Shown piece by piece: positions 1 to 8,944 of a stretch of 64,000 nucleotides of DNA. Location: the NCBI GenBank assembly GCA_964220215.1, contig CAXPTH010000012.1, positions 31,170-95,169 of the forward strand, in the 5' to 3' direction. The DNA comes from Alteromonas sp. (lineage in GTDB: Bacteria > Margulisbacteria > Marinamargulisbacteria > UBA6595). Both the position numbers and the translations under genes were made by a program. A model generated the notes under the pieces. That model saw only the letters and a list, made by a program, of their open reading frames with translations. It did no database searches and had not been told where the DNA came from. Positions within the stretch are counted from its first letter, which is position 1, and every line of letters begins with the position of its first letter.

Positions 1-1466
1 TTAACTTCAACAATATTATCGGCACGGTCCAACAAACTCTGACATTCAGGACTCACATTTAATATATGCAGATTCTTGTTCACCTGCGCATACCGCTGGG
101 CAACCACATGAATGGCTTCAAGTCCTGAGTGATCGTAAACACGCGCATGTCGAAAATCAATCGCCACATGATCTGGATCATTGTCCACATCAAACAAGGC
201 TTTAAACGCCGTTGCGGACCCAAAAAACAGCCCCCCGTTTAGTGTGTAAACTTTGTAGGCCGTATCATGGGTGGATTCTGTAACTGCAATTCGTTTACCC
301 TGTTCCCATGCAAATACCAAGGCTGAAATAATAACACCCACAAATACAGCCACGGCCAAATCAACAAGCACCGTGGTTACCGATACAATTACAATAACCG
401 CAACATCCGATTTAGGTATTTTTTTTATAATTCGAAAACTGGACCACTCAAATGTCGCAATCGATACCATAACCATAACACCCACCAACGCCGCCAACGG
501 AATACGTTCAATCCATCGAGCCCCCACAATTAAAAAAATTAATAGGCTACCGGCTGCCACCACCCCCGACCATCGGCCACGACCACCCGCACGCACATTA
601 ATCATGCTTTGACCAATCATCGCACACCCGCCCATGCCACCCAAAAAGCCATTGAGCACATTTGCGAGGCCTTGGGCCAAACTTTCTTTATTGCCTCGCC
701 CCCGGGTACCCGTAAGCTCGTCCACTAAAACCAACGTCATTAACGACTCAATCAAACCAACGGATGCCGCCAAAAAAGAATACGGCAACACTGTCATCAC
801 GGCCTCCAGCGTTAGAATCGGTAATTGAAATTGTGGCAAGCCCACAGCAATCGTCGTTTGGGTCGGGTCCATAGTTTGAACAAAATCCAAGACCGTCCGA
901 CTATCATAGCCCAGTGACTGCAAATAAACAGACACCCCAGATACCACAAGAATTGCCGTCAGTGTGGCCGGTAGGCGCTTGGTAATTTTGGGCAACCCAT
1001 AGATAATTGCCATCGTTAGGGCCACCAAACCCAGCATAATTAATAATGGCCGTAGCGGCATTATTTGCAGCCCTTCATGGGTTTGAATATAAAATTGCGT
1101 GAGCTGAGATTTAAAAATAACAATGGCCAAGCCATTCACAAACCCAAACATGACCGGCTGCGGAATGAGTCGAATAAACTTGCCCCAACGCAGCAAGCCA
1201 AATATTAGCTGGAAAACGCCCATAATTACAACGGCTAAAAACAAATACGACAACGCAACCGCCATGCCCTGCTGCTGAGTTTGGCTAATTACAAGCGGCG
1301 CAAATATAACCGCAACCGCACCCGTAGCCCCGGATATCATACCCGGACGGCCACCCAATAATGCCGTGACAAGCCCCATGATAATTGCTGCATACAAACC
1401 CACCCTTGGGTCGACGTGAGCCACAAATGAAAAAGCAATCGCCTCTGGCACCAACGCCAGGGCCAC
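1..1466 (-). CDS. SulP family inorganic anion transporter (3' end runs off the left window edge)
   Basis: Manual minus-strand translation gives DTLSGLTVALALVPEAIAFSFVAHVDPRVGLYAA...GGRPGMISGATGA and a C-terminal STAS-like LNGGLFFGS...DHSGLEA...NIVEV. It is absent from the ORF track because it is open at the edge. The first in-frame canonical start is GTG at 1466; the true start is uncertain. Confidence 0.88.
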   Translation of the reverse strand, partial: MALALVPEAIAFSFVAHVDPRVGLYAAIIMGLVTALLGGRPGMISGATGAVAVIFAPLVISQTQQQGMAVALSYLFLAVVIMGVFQLIFGLLRWGKFIRLIPQPVMFGFVNGLAIVIFKSQLTQFYIQTHEGLQIMPLRPLLIMLGLVALTMAIIYGLPKITKRLPATLTAILVVSGVSVYLQSLGYDSRTVLDFVQTMDPTQTTIAVGLPQFQLPILTLEAVMTVLPYSFLAASVGLIESLMTLVLVDELTGTRGRGNKESLAQGLANVLNGFLGGMGGCAMIGQSMINVRAGGRGRWSGVVAAGSLLIFLIVGARWIERIPLAALVGVMVMVSIATFEWSSFRIIKKIPKSDVAVIVIVSVTTVLVDLAVAVFVGVIISALVFAWEQGKRIAVTESTHDTAYKVYTLNGGLFFGSATAFKALFDVDNDPDHVAIDFRHARVYDHSGLEAIHVVAQRYAQVNKNLHILNVSPECQSLLDRADNIVEV

Positions 1467-1486
1467 GGTTAACCCAGACAGCGTAT

Positions 1487-2131
1487 CTAACCAGTACTGG
1501 TATCGGCGTTGTTTAGTCCTTGTTTGTTTCCTTTTTTGATTGCTAGAATATCTTGTATTTTTTTAATGCTTTTATTGTATATTCGGGACACTTGAGATTC
1601 AGACAACTGTATTTTTTTTGAAATTTGTTTAAATGTTTGATCATGAAGCGCATGGGAAACGACAATTTCCTGGTCTCGGGCATCCAAAAGCTGCAACACC
1701 GATTGCAAATCATGCGCACTGTCCATGTCTGATTCAAAGGTATTATTCTCTTGGATGACAATATACATATTGGCAGCCGTATTCACCCACTCGTAAAATC
1801 GGGTGGGGTCGGATCGAGTGACGAATCGAATGTGATCACGCATCGCGCCGTTAATGCGCTGATAGGCCAACGGCCAGACTGAACTATGGCGCTCAGGATC
1901 CCAAATTTTAATGGTCTCAAACAACTCAATTAACACGATGGTTTGCAAGTCCTCTTTTTCACTGTCTCGAACATGCCGGGGCAAATGATTCAGGTACGTA
2001 TATAAAATTCGATTCATCCGTGTTTTAAATGTCGTTAAGACCACTTTATGATGCCGCTTTAAAATGGCCAACTTCAGATAATTGGCAATGGCGACTGAAT
2101 TCTTTTCCCAATACTCGTCGTGCGTACTCAT
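1487..2131 (-). CDS. FliA/WhiG (sigma-28)-like RNA polymerase sigma factor, short (214 aa)
   Basis: Region 2-like EDLQTIVLIELFETIKIWDPER...YQRINGAMRDHIR and region 4 HTH TFKQISKKIQLSESQVSRIYNKSIKKIQ; lies downstream of flhA. Confidence 0.75.
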   Translation of the reverse strand: MSTHDEYWEKNSVAIANYLKLAILKRHHKVVLTTFKTRMNRILYTYLNHLPRHVRDSEKEDLQTIVLIELFETIKIWDPERHSSVWPLAYQRINGAMRDHIRFVTRSDPTRFYEWVNTAANMYIVIQENNTFESDMDSAHDLQSVLQLLDARDQEIVVSHALHDQTFKQISKKIQLSESQVSRIYNKSIKKIQDILAIKKGNKQGLNNADTSTG

Positions 2132-2385
2132 ACACCCAATTTTCGCTTAATCGCATTTAAAATGTTGGTCGAATCAACATGGTCTGTATGCTCCCCCATT
2201 AATTCATTCAGAATCACGGTATACAGCGCATCAACCCGCTCACGGAGTCTCTGCTTGTCCGATTCATCATTAGCAGTCCAGGCCTCAACATCCATGGGCA
2301 GGGACCGAACGTCACCGTCCTCGTCAATTTTTCGATACCGACTTTGCGGAATAATCTGGGACCAATACTCGTCATCAACCATCAT
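2128..2385 (-). CDS. hypothetical protein (85 aa) coupled between flhA and the sigma factor
   Basis: Overlaps the flhA stop by 1 nt and the sigma start by 4 nt; no family recognised. Confidence 0.7.
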   Translation of the reverse strand: MMVDDEYWSQIIPQSRYRKIDEDGDVRSLPMDVEAWTANDESDKQRLRERVDALYTVILNELMGEHTDHVDSTNILNAIKRKLGV

Positions 2386-4460
2386 TAATTCGACAAAATA
2401 CCAATGGACTGAACCTTAACATTTGAGGGAATTTCAGTATAGGACAATATAATTAAACGGGGATAATTGCGTTCTAAAAACTTTTTAAAATAGGTTCTAA
2501 TTTTAGGTGAACACAAGCCAACCGGTTCTTTATCCAATCGTCTAAAATTTCTCACAAATTCACCAATTTGAGCCAACACACTTTGACCCACATCCGGATC
2601 AAGCGCCAAAAATGAGCCATATTCAGATTGATGAATCGCATTAATCATCCGTTCTTCAAACTCCGGGTCAATCGTAAAGAGCAGAATGCTGTTATCTTTA
2701 TCAACATACTTACTACAAATCTGACGAGCCAAGGCTTGTCGTACGTATTCAGCCAATAAATTCGTATCACGGGAAATCGTCGCATAGTCAGCCAATCGCT
2801 CCAAAATGGTAGACAAATCGCGGATCGATACGCGCTCAGAAACAAGTATCTGCAACACTTTATGGACTTGCCCCAGGGAAAGCATATCGGGAATGAGCTC
2901 TCGAACGATGGCCGCGTTGGTATTTTTAACTAAATCCAACAACGATTGGACGTTTTGGCGCGTCATAATTTCATCGGCATGTTGCATAATCACTTCTGAA
3001 AAATGCATCGCAATAAAATCGGTTGTATTTAAACCAGAAATGGCCTGCTCTTGCAACGCCCCCAACTTATCTTCTGGCACCCAAGCCGCAGACTCCTGAG
3101 TGATTGGATCCACGGCTTCAATACCTGGAACGCCTTGGTGCTTTAAATCAGTGGCTGACTGACCCACAAAATAATGCCCCATGACCACTTCCCCGTACCC
3201 AACCTGCGTCCCCCGAATATACACCTCATACGCATTGACCGGCAAACTTAATTCATCCATAATTCGGACACCCGGAATGACAAACCCAAGTTCTTGGCCA
3301 ATATGATACCGAACCAGCGTAATACGCTCCAGCAACGGGCCATTTTGATTGGGATCAATAAGCGGGACTAAATTACGCCCTACTTTTAAACTAATTGGGT
3401 CCAAGCTAAGCGTGCCCAGCAAGTTTTCTGGCTTTTTCATGGCTTGCTTGGCTACGTTTTGCTGCGCTTGTATCGTATGCGCTTCTTGTGTTTTTTTTGC
3501 TTTAACCACGCTCAAAGAAAACAGGCCCGCTAAACAGGCTAATAAAAAGAAATAACGAAATGGAAATCCCGGCACTACACTTAATCCCAGCAAAATAATG
3601 CCGGTAATCGCAAATGGTTTTGGCTGCTCAAAAATTTGACGCTTCACATCGGACCCAAAGCTTTCTTCAGAAGCGGCTTTGGTCACCACCAAACCGGTTG
3701 CCACTGAAATTAACAGGGCCGGAACTTGAGACACCAGGCCATCCCCAACCGTCAGGCGAACATATACCTGCGTTGATTCGCCCAAATCCAATGCTTGTTG
3801 AAATCGCCCAATTAACAACCCCCCAATAATATTAACAATAACGATAACAATACCCGCAATGGCATCCCCTTTCACAAATTTATTGGCCCCATCCATAGAG
3901 CCAAAAAATGTTGATTCTTTTTCTAGTTTTTTTCGGCGAACTCGGGATTCTTCAGCATCAATCAAGCCCGCATTTAAATCGGCATCAATACTCATTTGTT
4001 TGCCCGGCAATGCATCCAAAGTAAATCGAGCGGACACTTCTGCAACACGTTCCGACCCTTTGGTTACCACCACAAATTGCACAAGGGTAATAATTGAAAA
4101 GGTAACCAATCCCACAACCAAGTTTCCTCGCGTGACAAAATCCGCAAATGCCATAACAATTTGACCATCAAAATCTGGCCCCGAACTCAAAATAAGCTTG
4201 GTGGACGCCACGTTAATCGCTAAGCGAAACAAGGTCATCACCAATAGAATTTGCGGAAACGCTGAGAACTCTAGAGACTCTTTTAAATACAAAACAACCA
4301 ATAGCAAAATAATAGCGATGGATAAATTCAACGACATCAGAACATCCAACCCCCACGTTGGAATTGGAATAATCATAACCCCAACAATCATGATCAAGGC
4401 GACTGCAACGGATACATCCGGAACATTGAACATGGCTTTTAATGACTTTAGTTTCGACAT
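2385..4460 (-). CDS. flhA: flagellar export gate protein FlhA
   Basis: FHIPEP motif RVAEVSARFTLDALPGKQMSIDADL, FFGSMDGANKFVKGDAIAG, N-terminal TM helices, 691 aa. Confidence 0.96.
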   Translation of the reverse strand: MSKLKSLKAMFNVPDVSVAVALIMIVGVMIIPIPTWGLDVLMSLNLSIAIILLLVVLYLKESLEFSAFPQILLVMTLFRLAINVASTKLILSSGPDFDGQIVMAFADFVTRGNLVVGLVTFSIITLVQFVVVTKGSERVAEVSARFTLDALPGKQMSIDADLNAGLIDAEESRVRRKKLEKESTFFGSMDGANKFVKGDAIAGIVIVIVNIIGGLLIGRFQQALDLGESTQVYVRLTVGDGLVSQVPALLISVATGLVVTKAASEESFGSDVKRQIFEQPKPFAITGIILLGLSVVPGFPFRYFFLLACLAGLFSLSVVKAKKTQEAHTIQAQQNVAKQAMKKPENLLGTLSLDPISLKVGRNLVPLIDPNQNGPLLERITLVRYHIGQELGFVIPGVRIMDELSLPVNAYEVYIRGTQVGYGEVVMGHYFVGQSATDLKHQGVPGIEAVDPITQESAAWVPEDKLGALQEQAISGLNTTDFIAMHFSEVIMQHADEIMTRQNVQSLLDLVKNTNAAIVRELIPDMLSLGQVHKVLQILVSERVSIRDLSTILERLADYATISRDTNLLAEYVRQALARQICSKYVDKDNSILLFTIDPEFEERMINAIHQSEYGSFLALDPDVGQSVLAQIGEFVRNFRRLDKEPVGLCSPKIRTYFKKFLERNYPRLIILSYTEIPSNVKVQSIGILSN

Positions 4461-4463
4461 AAT

Positions 4464-5546
4464 TTATTCCTGTGGCGCTAATCGCTGACGACGCTTCCTT
4501 TTTAAATTATATACAAAAGCGAGAATCTCAGCCACTGCTCGATAATATTCTGGCGGAACAAATTGGCCCGCCATGCTCTTTTTATACAAATTTCGAGCGA
4601 GTGGTGGGTTCTGAATAATGGGAATATAGTGCGAATCTGCAATTTGACGAATGGCCTGCGCCAGTAACTGACGACCCCGCGCAACAATCATGGGCGACTG
4701 CATGGTCTCTGCATCGTAACGAATTGCAATTGCAATGTGTGTGGGGTTGGTCACCACAACATCAGCGCCTGGAACCGCTCCCATTTGCCGACTTTGGGCC
4801 AATTGACGCTGCTGATCCCGCTGGCGCTGCTTAATCATCGGGTCTCCCTCGAGTTGCTTGTATTCGTTTTGAATGTCTTTTTTACTCATGCGCAATGATT
4901 TGATGTACTCGTACTTTTGATACATATAATCTAATAGCGCAATAATCAAATAAAATATGCCAATTTGAATAACAATACGCATGACTAACGTGCCCACCAA
5001 AATCATCACCTGCATCGCAGGCATTTGACCCGTAACGAAAAAATACGGTAAAAAGCTTTTAACTGCACTGTAAATCAAAAAAGAAATCATCAAAATTTTA
5101 GCAATTGACTTTAATGTCTCAACATATTGCTTTAATGAAAAGAATTTTTTGGTGCCGGCAATAGGGTCTAATTTTTTAAGGTCCGGCAAAATAGCCCCCC
5201 AATAAATTAACGCTTGTGTTTGCAAAATTTCAAGTACAAAGATAACCACAATAATACCAGCAAATAACGGAGTCATTATTTGTAAAAACGTCCACATGAG
5301 CTCCGACAAAATGGTATACGCTAAATCTAAGCTAAACGGCTTTGCAATTGCATTAAATATCGTTTCAGTTAGATATCCAATTCGACTCCACATTTGAAAC
5401 GATATGGCCTTTAAGATAAAAAATATCGCCAACATGGCAACTGCCCCCGTTAAATCTTTACCCTTGGCAATTTGCCCTTTTTTTCGAGCCTCACGCAACT
5501 TATGCGGTGTTGGCTCTTCTGTTTTTTCGCCGGAATCATCGCCCAT
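4464..5546 (-). CDS. flhB: flagellar export switch protein FlhB
   Basis: N-terminal EKTEEPTPHKLREARKKGQ, KQLEGDP and an intact NPTH autocleavage motif. Confidence 0.96.
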   Translation of the reverse strand: MGDDSGEKTEEPTPHKLREARKKGQIAKGKDLTGAVAMLAIFFILKAISFQMWSRIGYLTETIFNAIAKPFSLDLAYTILSELMWTFLQIMTPLFAGIIVVIFVLEILQTQALIYWGAILPDLKKLDPIAGTKKFFSLKQYVETLKSIAKILMISFLIYSAVKSFLPYFFVTGQMPAMQVMILVGTLVMRIVIQIGIFYLIIALLDYMYQKYEYIKSLRMSKKDIQNEYKQLEGDPMIKQRQRDQQRQLAQSRQMGAVPGADVVVTNPTHIAIAIRYDAETMQSPMIVARGRQLLAQAIRQIADSHYIPIIQNPPLARNLYKKSMAGQFVPPEYYRAVAEILAFVYNLKRKRRQRLAPQE

Positions 5547-6328
5547 TACTGCTCCTGGCCGACTAAAATAAAATCACCCATTAAATTGGGGATCATTGCC
5601 AATAATTCCGATACATCTTCTAAGAAATAGGGAATGATCAACATCAAAACCACAATCATAACCATGGGCTTTAATTGAAAACTTAACTGAAACACATTGA
5701 CTTGTGATGCAATGCGACTGAGCATCCCAAACCCAAAGTCAACAAAAAAAATAACAACAATTACTGGTGCTGAAAACCGCCAACCCACCTCAAAAATCAT
5801 TGCCCCCAAATTAACAATATGCAAAAAGTGATTGCCGGTTATCATATTGTGTGCCATACCAATGGGCATAACATCAAATGTCGTACGAATCGCCAATAGG
5901 ACAATATGGTGCCCATTTAACAAAAGAAATACAAGTAAAATCAACTGTCGATACAACCGCGCGATAATGGTGACCTGATCCCCACGAAGTGGATCAAACA
6001 TTGCCGCTGCACTAATTCCTGCTTGCGTGTCAATAATAGAGCCGGCCAACTCCACACCAATAATAAGCAGCTGAATCGTGAATCCCAAACACAGCCCAAT
6101 CAATATCTCCATAGCCACCGCCAGCAACAATGAAATCGGCTGAGCCGGCAATGTATTTGGAAGCGGAACAACAAATGCAATGAGCGTTGATAATAACACC
6201 ATCATAATAATGCGAACTGTGGCTGGCATCAGTTGAGCATTATTAAAGACCGGCGCTGTAACAAACAACCCAAAAATTCGGGCTGTAATTAAGCCCACAA
6301 CAATAATGTAATCAATAGGAATAATCAT
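5546..6328 (-). CDS. fliR: flagellar export protein FliR
   Basis: Hydrophobic 260 aa with AGSIIDTQAG, NGHH and QVNVFQLSFQLK; lies between fliQ and flhB. Confidence 0.93.
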   Translation of the reverse strand: MIIPIDYIIVVGLITARIFGLFVTAPVFNNAQLMPATVRIIMMVLLSTLIAFVVPLPNTLPAQPISLLLAVAMEILIGLCLGFTIQLLIIGVELAGSIIDTQAGISAAAMFDPLRGDQVTIIARLYRQLILLVFLLLNGHHIVLLAIRTTFDVMPIGMAHNMITGNHFLHIVNLGAMIFEVGWRFSAPVIVVIFFVDFGFGMLSRIASQVNVFQLSFQLKPMVMIVVLMLIIPYFLEDVSELLAMIPNLMGDFILVGQEQ

Positions 6329-6594
6329 TGGCTATATATCGGTATATCTTGCCACAGATCCAACGCGACACCCGATATTAACCCAAACATCCAATGAAAA
6401 AAAACAGCAAATAACAACAAAACAACAACCATTTTTGGCACAAAGGTCAATGTTTGCTCCTGAATTTGAGTCACAGCCTGAATAATCGAAATGATTAAAC
6501 CAATGAGCAGACCCAAGCCAACCGTTGGCAAGGAAACAACCACAGCTAAATTAAAAATACGCGTAACAATCTCAGACGCTACCATTAAGTCCAT
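6325..6594 (-). CDS. fliQ: flagellar export protein FliQ
   Basis: GLIISIIQAVTQIQEQTLTFVPK signature. Confidence 0.96.
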   Translation of the reverse strand: MDLMVASEIVTRIFNLAVVVSLPTVGLGLLIGLIISIIQAVTQIQEQTLTFVPKMVVVLLLFAVFFHWMFGLISGVALDLWQDIPIYSQ

Positions 6595-6625
6595 TTAGAT
6601 TTCCGATTTTTACGCATGACACCCA

Positions 6626-7354
6626 TTATTGATAACTGAGCAATAAGCCACGAATAATCAAATTCCAGCCATCAACCAAAATAAACAACAAAAATTTAAA
6701 TGGCATGGAGACCATGGCCGGCGATAACATAAACATCCCCAATGTTAATAATACATTTGAAATTAACAAATCGATCACCACAAAGGGCAAGTAGATTAAA
6801 AAGCCAATTTGAAAGGCTGATTTTAACTCAGAAATAATAAACGCTGGTATTAAGACATAAATTGGAACTTTTTCGCTGACTTTCAATTCTACGTTTGAAA
6901 AATCTAGAAACAACTCAATATCGGCCTCATTCGCTTGTTTCATCATAAATGCATGGAATGGTTCAGCGCCTAGTGCAAATGCCTGCTTTTGGCTAATTTT
7001 TCCATTGTTATACGGCACAATCGCTGTTTCATATACTGTAGACAATACGGGTGCCATAACATACGCTGTCATGAATAATGCCAAAATAACAATAACGGGA
7101 TTGGGTGGAGACTGCGCCGTTCCCAGTGCCTGACGAATCAAGCTTAAGACAATAACAAATCTCAAGAAAGACGTTGTCACCATTAAAAATGCCGGAACAA
7201 ATCCAATCGACGTCAAAATTAATAGCAAATTTACCGATGAGCTTAACGCATCGGTATTAATCAGTGTATTGCCGGCATCAAACAGCACATTAGCCGGCTC
7301 CGCCCACGAGGGCATCCCAAGCATTACCAATCCCAACACAATTAATTTAATCAT
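6626..7354 (-). CDS. fliP: flagellar export protein FliP
   Basis: TSFLRFVIVLSLIRQALG.AQSPPN, PAFIISELKSAFQIGFLIYLPF, FILVDGW; N-terminal signal peptide as in flagellar FliP. Confidence 0.96.
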   Translation of the reverse strand: MIKLIVLGLVMLGMPSWAEPANVLFDAGNTLINTDALSSSVNLLLILTSIGFVPAFLMVTTSFLRFVIVLSLIRQALGTAQSPPNPVIVILALFMTAYVMAPVLSTVYETAIVPYNNGKISQKQAFALGAEPFHAFMMKQANEADIELFLDFSNVELKVSEKVPIYVLIPAFIISELKSAFQIGFLIYLPFVVIDLLISNVLLTLGMFMLSPAMVSMPFKFLLFILVDGWNLIIRGLLLSYQ

Positions 7355-7587
7355 AACTTATCCAACACCTGTATTGATTTTCCATTGATTCCTAAAAAAT
7401 AATCATTTCCGCGTACCTTTACAATTAACAAAGTTGTATTATTGGCGATAATTAATTGATCCACAACGGTCATATCGCAGGCATACCGTTTATTTTGGAG
7501 CCACTTAATTAGTTGGATAGCCCCCATCAAAATAAAAACTAAAATTGCGAATAATACAATAAATTTTATGTAATATCCGCTGGTCAT
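7351..7587 (-). CDS. fliO: FliO-like flagellar biogenesis protein
   Basis: Single N-terminal TM then a beta-rich segment (VVDQLII...LLIVKVRGNDYFLGI); directly upstream of fliP. Confidence 0.72.
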   Translation of the reverse strand: MTSGYYIKFIVLFAILVFILMGAIQLIKWLQNKRYACDMTVVDQLIIANNTTLLIVKVRGNDYFLGINGKSIQVLDKL

Positions 7588-7595
7588 AAGCCACC

Positions 7596-8177
7596 CTATT
7601 GGGTATTAATCAACTCAATAATACGAATAGCATATCGATAGTTAATCGATACAATTTCACATTTAGCAATCACTTGACCATTAACAACCACATCCAATGG
7701 AGCACCCAGCTCACGATCCAATTCTAAAATTTGACCTTCTCTCAATGCATACAGTTGGTTCAGATTAATCATTGTTTCACCCAATTCAACACGAACATCA
7801 ACTGAAATTGAACCCAGTACCGATTGGGGTATTGCAACAGAATCACCACCCGAATCCGATGCTGACAAGTGGGCAATGTCGACCTGATCCAGATTAATTT
7901 TTTCAGAGTTTTCTAGTGCCGGATCATCGGCTAAATCCGCCACAGTCTCCTCGACAAGTTCAGCCTCATCTACAGGCTCGGAAATCGCTTCAATGACGGG
8001 TTCTTCTTCATCTACCCTGGGTGGCGTATGGATTGAAAACGCAGACTCCATAACCGAATCTGTGCTATCATCCAATTCGCTATCGCTATCGACGTGCAAA
8101 TCTTCTGATACAACATCTGGATCAGACTCAATCACTGAGTCCGCTTCTATTTCATTCAAGTAACCATCATCTTTCAT
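7596..8177 (-). CDS. fliN: FliN-like SpoA-domain C-ring protein with long acidic N-terminus
   Basis: C-terminal ISVDVRVELGET...LREGQILELDRELGAPLDVVVNGQVIAKCEIV...YAIRI. Confidence 0.85.
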   Translation of the reverse strand: MKDDGYLNEIEADSVIESDPDVVSEDLHVDSDSELDDSTDSVMESAFSIHTPPRVDEEEPVIEAISEPVDEAELVEETVADLADDPALENSEKINLDQVDIAHLSASDSGGDSVAIPQSVLGSISVDVRVELGETMINLNQLYALREGQILELDRELGAPLDVVVNGQVIAKCEIVSINYRYAIRIIELINTQ

Positions 8178-8929
8178 TCATTATCTCCTTCTATCATCAC
8201 GGCTTTTAGCAATTGGTTGTAGTCTGGAATAACCCGTGATTTTGGTTTGTACTCAAACACAGTTTGTCCCACGCCCGCCGCATTGGACACATCGGCACAA
8301 CTACGAATGGGCCCTCGTATTTTGTCAAGGCCAAACAAGGCCTCAACGGCAGCCATAACTTTGATAGTTTTTGCTTGACGCTGAGCATAAAAGGTTGGAA
8401 CGACATGCTGAACGTGGATGGACTGGGCAAACAGTCGATTCAGCAGTTTTACATTTTTAAGCAATTGTTTGGCCCCTACAACAGACATAAAATCCATTGA
8501 AATCGGAACCATTAAGTTTTGAGAAGCAATCATGGCGTTTTGAGCCAGTAAGTCAAAGGATGGTCCAGAGTCAATGAGAATATAATCATAACCATGGACT
8601 GTCTCAAGTCGATTGTGAAGAACAAATTCTCGATTTGGAAATCCAACCATTTGCATCGATGCTGGGAACAGTCGCTCATCACTAGCGATAATATCCAAGC
8701 CATCACGAACTGGCGTGATACAGTCTGCCACCGGCTGCTTTCCCACTAACAACTCATAGGTCCCCGATGATGCCTTAACGCCCAACATGGCCTTCACAGA
8801 CCCTTGCGGATCCATATCAACGACGAGCACACGCTGCCCATTTAACGCCAACCCCATAGCCAAATGAACAACCAAAGACGTCTTTCCCATACCCCCTTTA
8901 TAATTCATAATACCCAAACGCTTTGTCAT
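8174..8929 (-). CDS. ParA/Soj family ATPase
   Basis: Deviant Walker A KGGMGKT, VDMDPQG, YDYILIDSGPS and a Soj-like C-terminus GQTVFEYKPKS...DY; GGAGG SD upstream. Confidence 0.9.
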   Translation of the reverse strand: MTKRLGIMNYKGGMGKTSLVVHLAMGLALNGQRVLVVDMDPQGSVKAMLGVKASSGTYELLVGKQPVADCITPVRDGLDIIASDERLFPASMQMVGFPNREFVLHNRLETVHGYDYILIDSGPSFDLLAQNAMIASQNLMVPISMDFMSVVGAKQLLKNVKLLNRLFAQSIHVQHVVPTFYAQRQAKTIKVMAAVEALFGLDKIRGPIRSCADVSNAAGVGQTVFEYKPKSRVIPDYNQLLKAVMIEGDNE

Positions 8930-8944
8930 GAATACCTCCTCGGC

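Noticed and set aside
271..828. Plus-strand ORFs 271-612 and 634-828
   Set aside because: Antisense shadows of the minus-strand SulP gene.
1487..1570. -1 frameshift fusing the sigma factor to SulP at A-runs
   Set aside because: SulP is in the -1 frame, but there is no correctly phased X XXY YYZ heptamer or stimulatory structure, and the fusion is implausible.
2385..7587. Canonical injectisome (non-flagellar T3SS)
   Set aside because: FliO, signal-peptide FliP, fliOPQR-flhBA order and a FliA-like sigma indicate flagellar ancestry; no secretin, needle or translocon genes seen.
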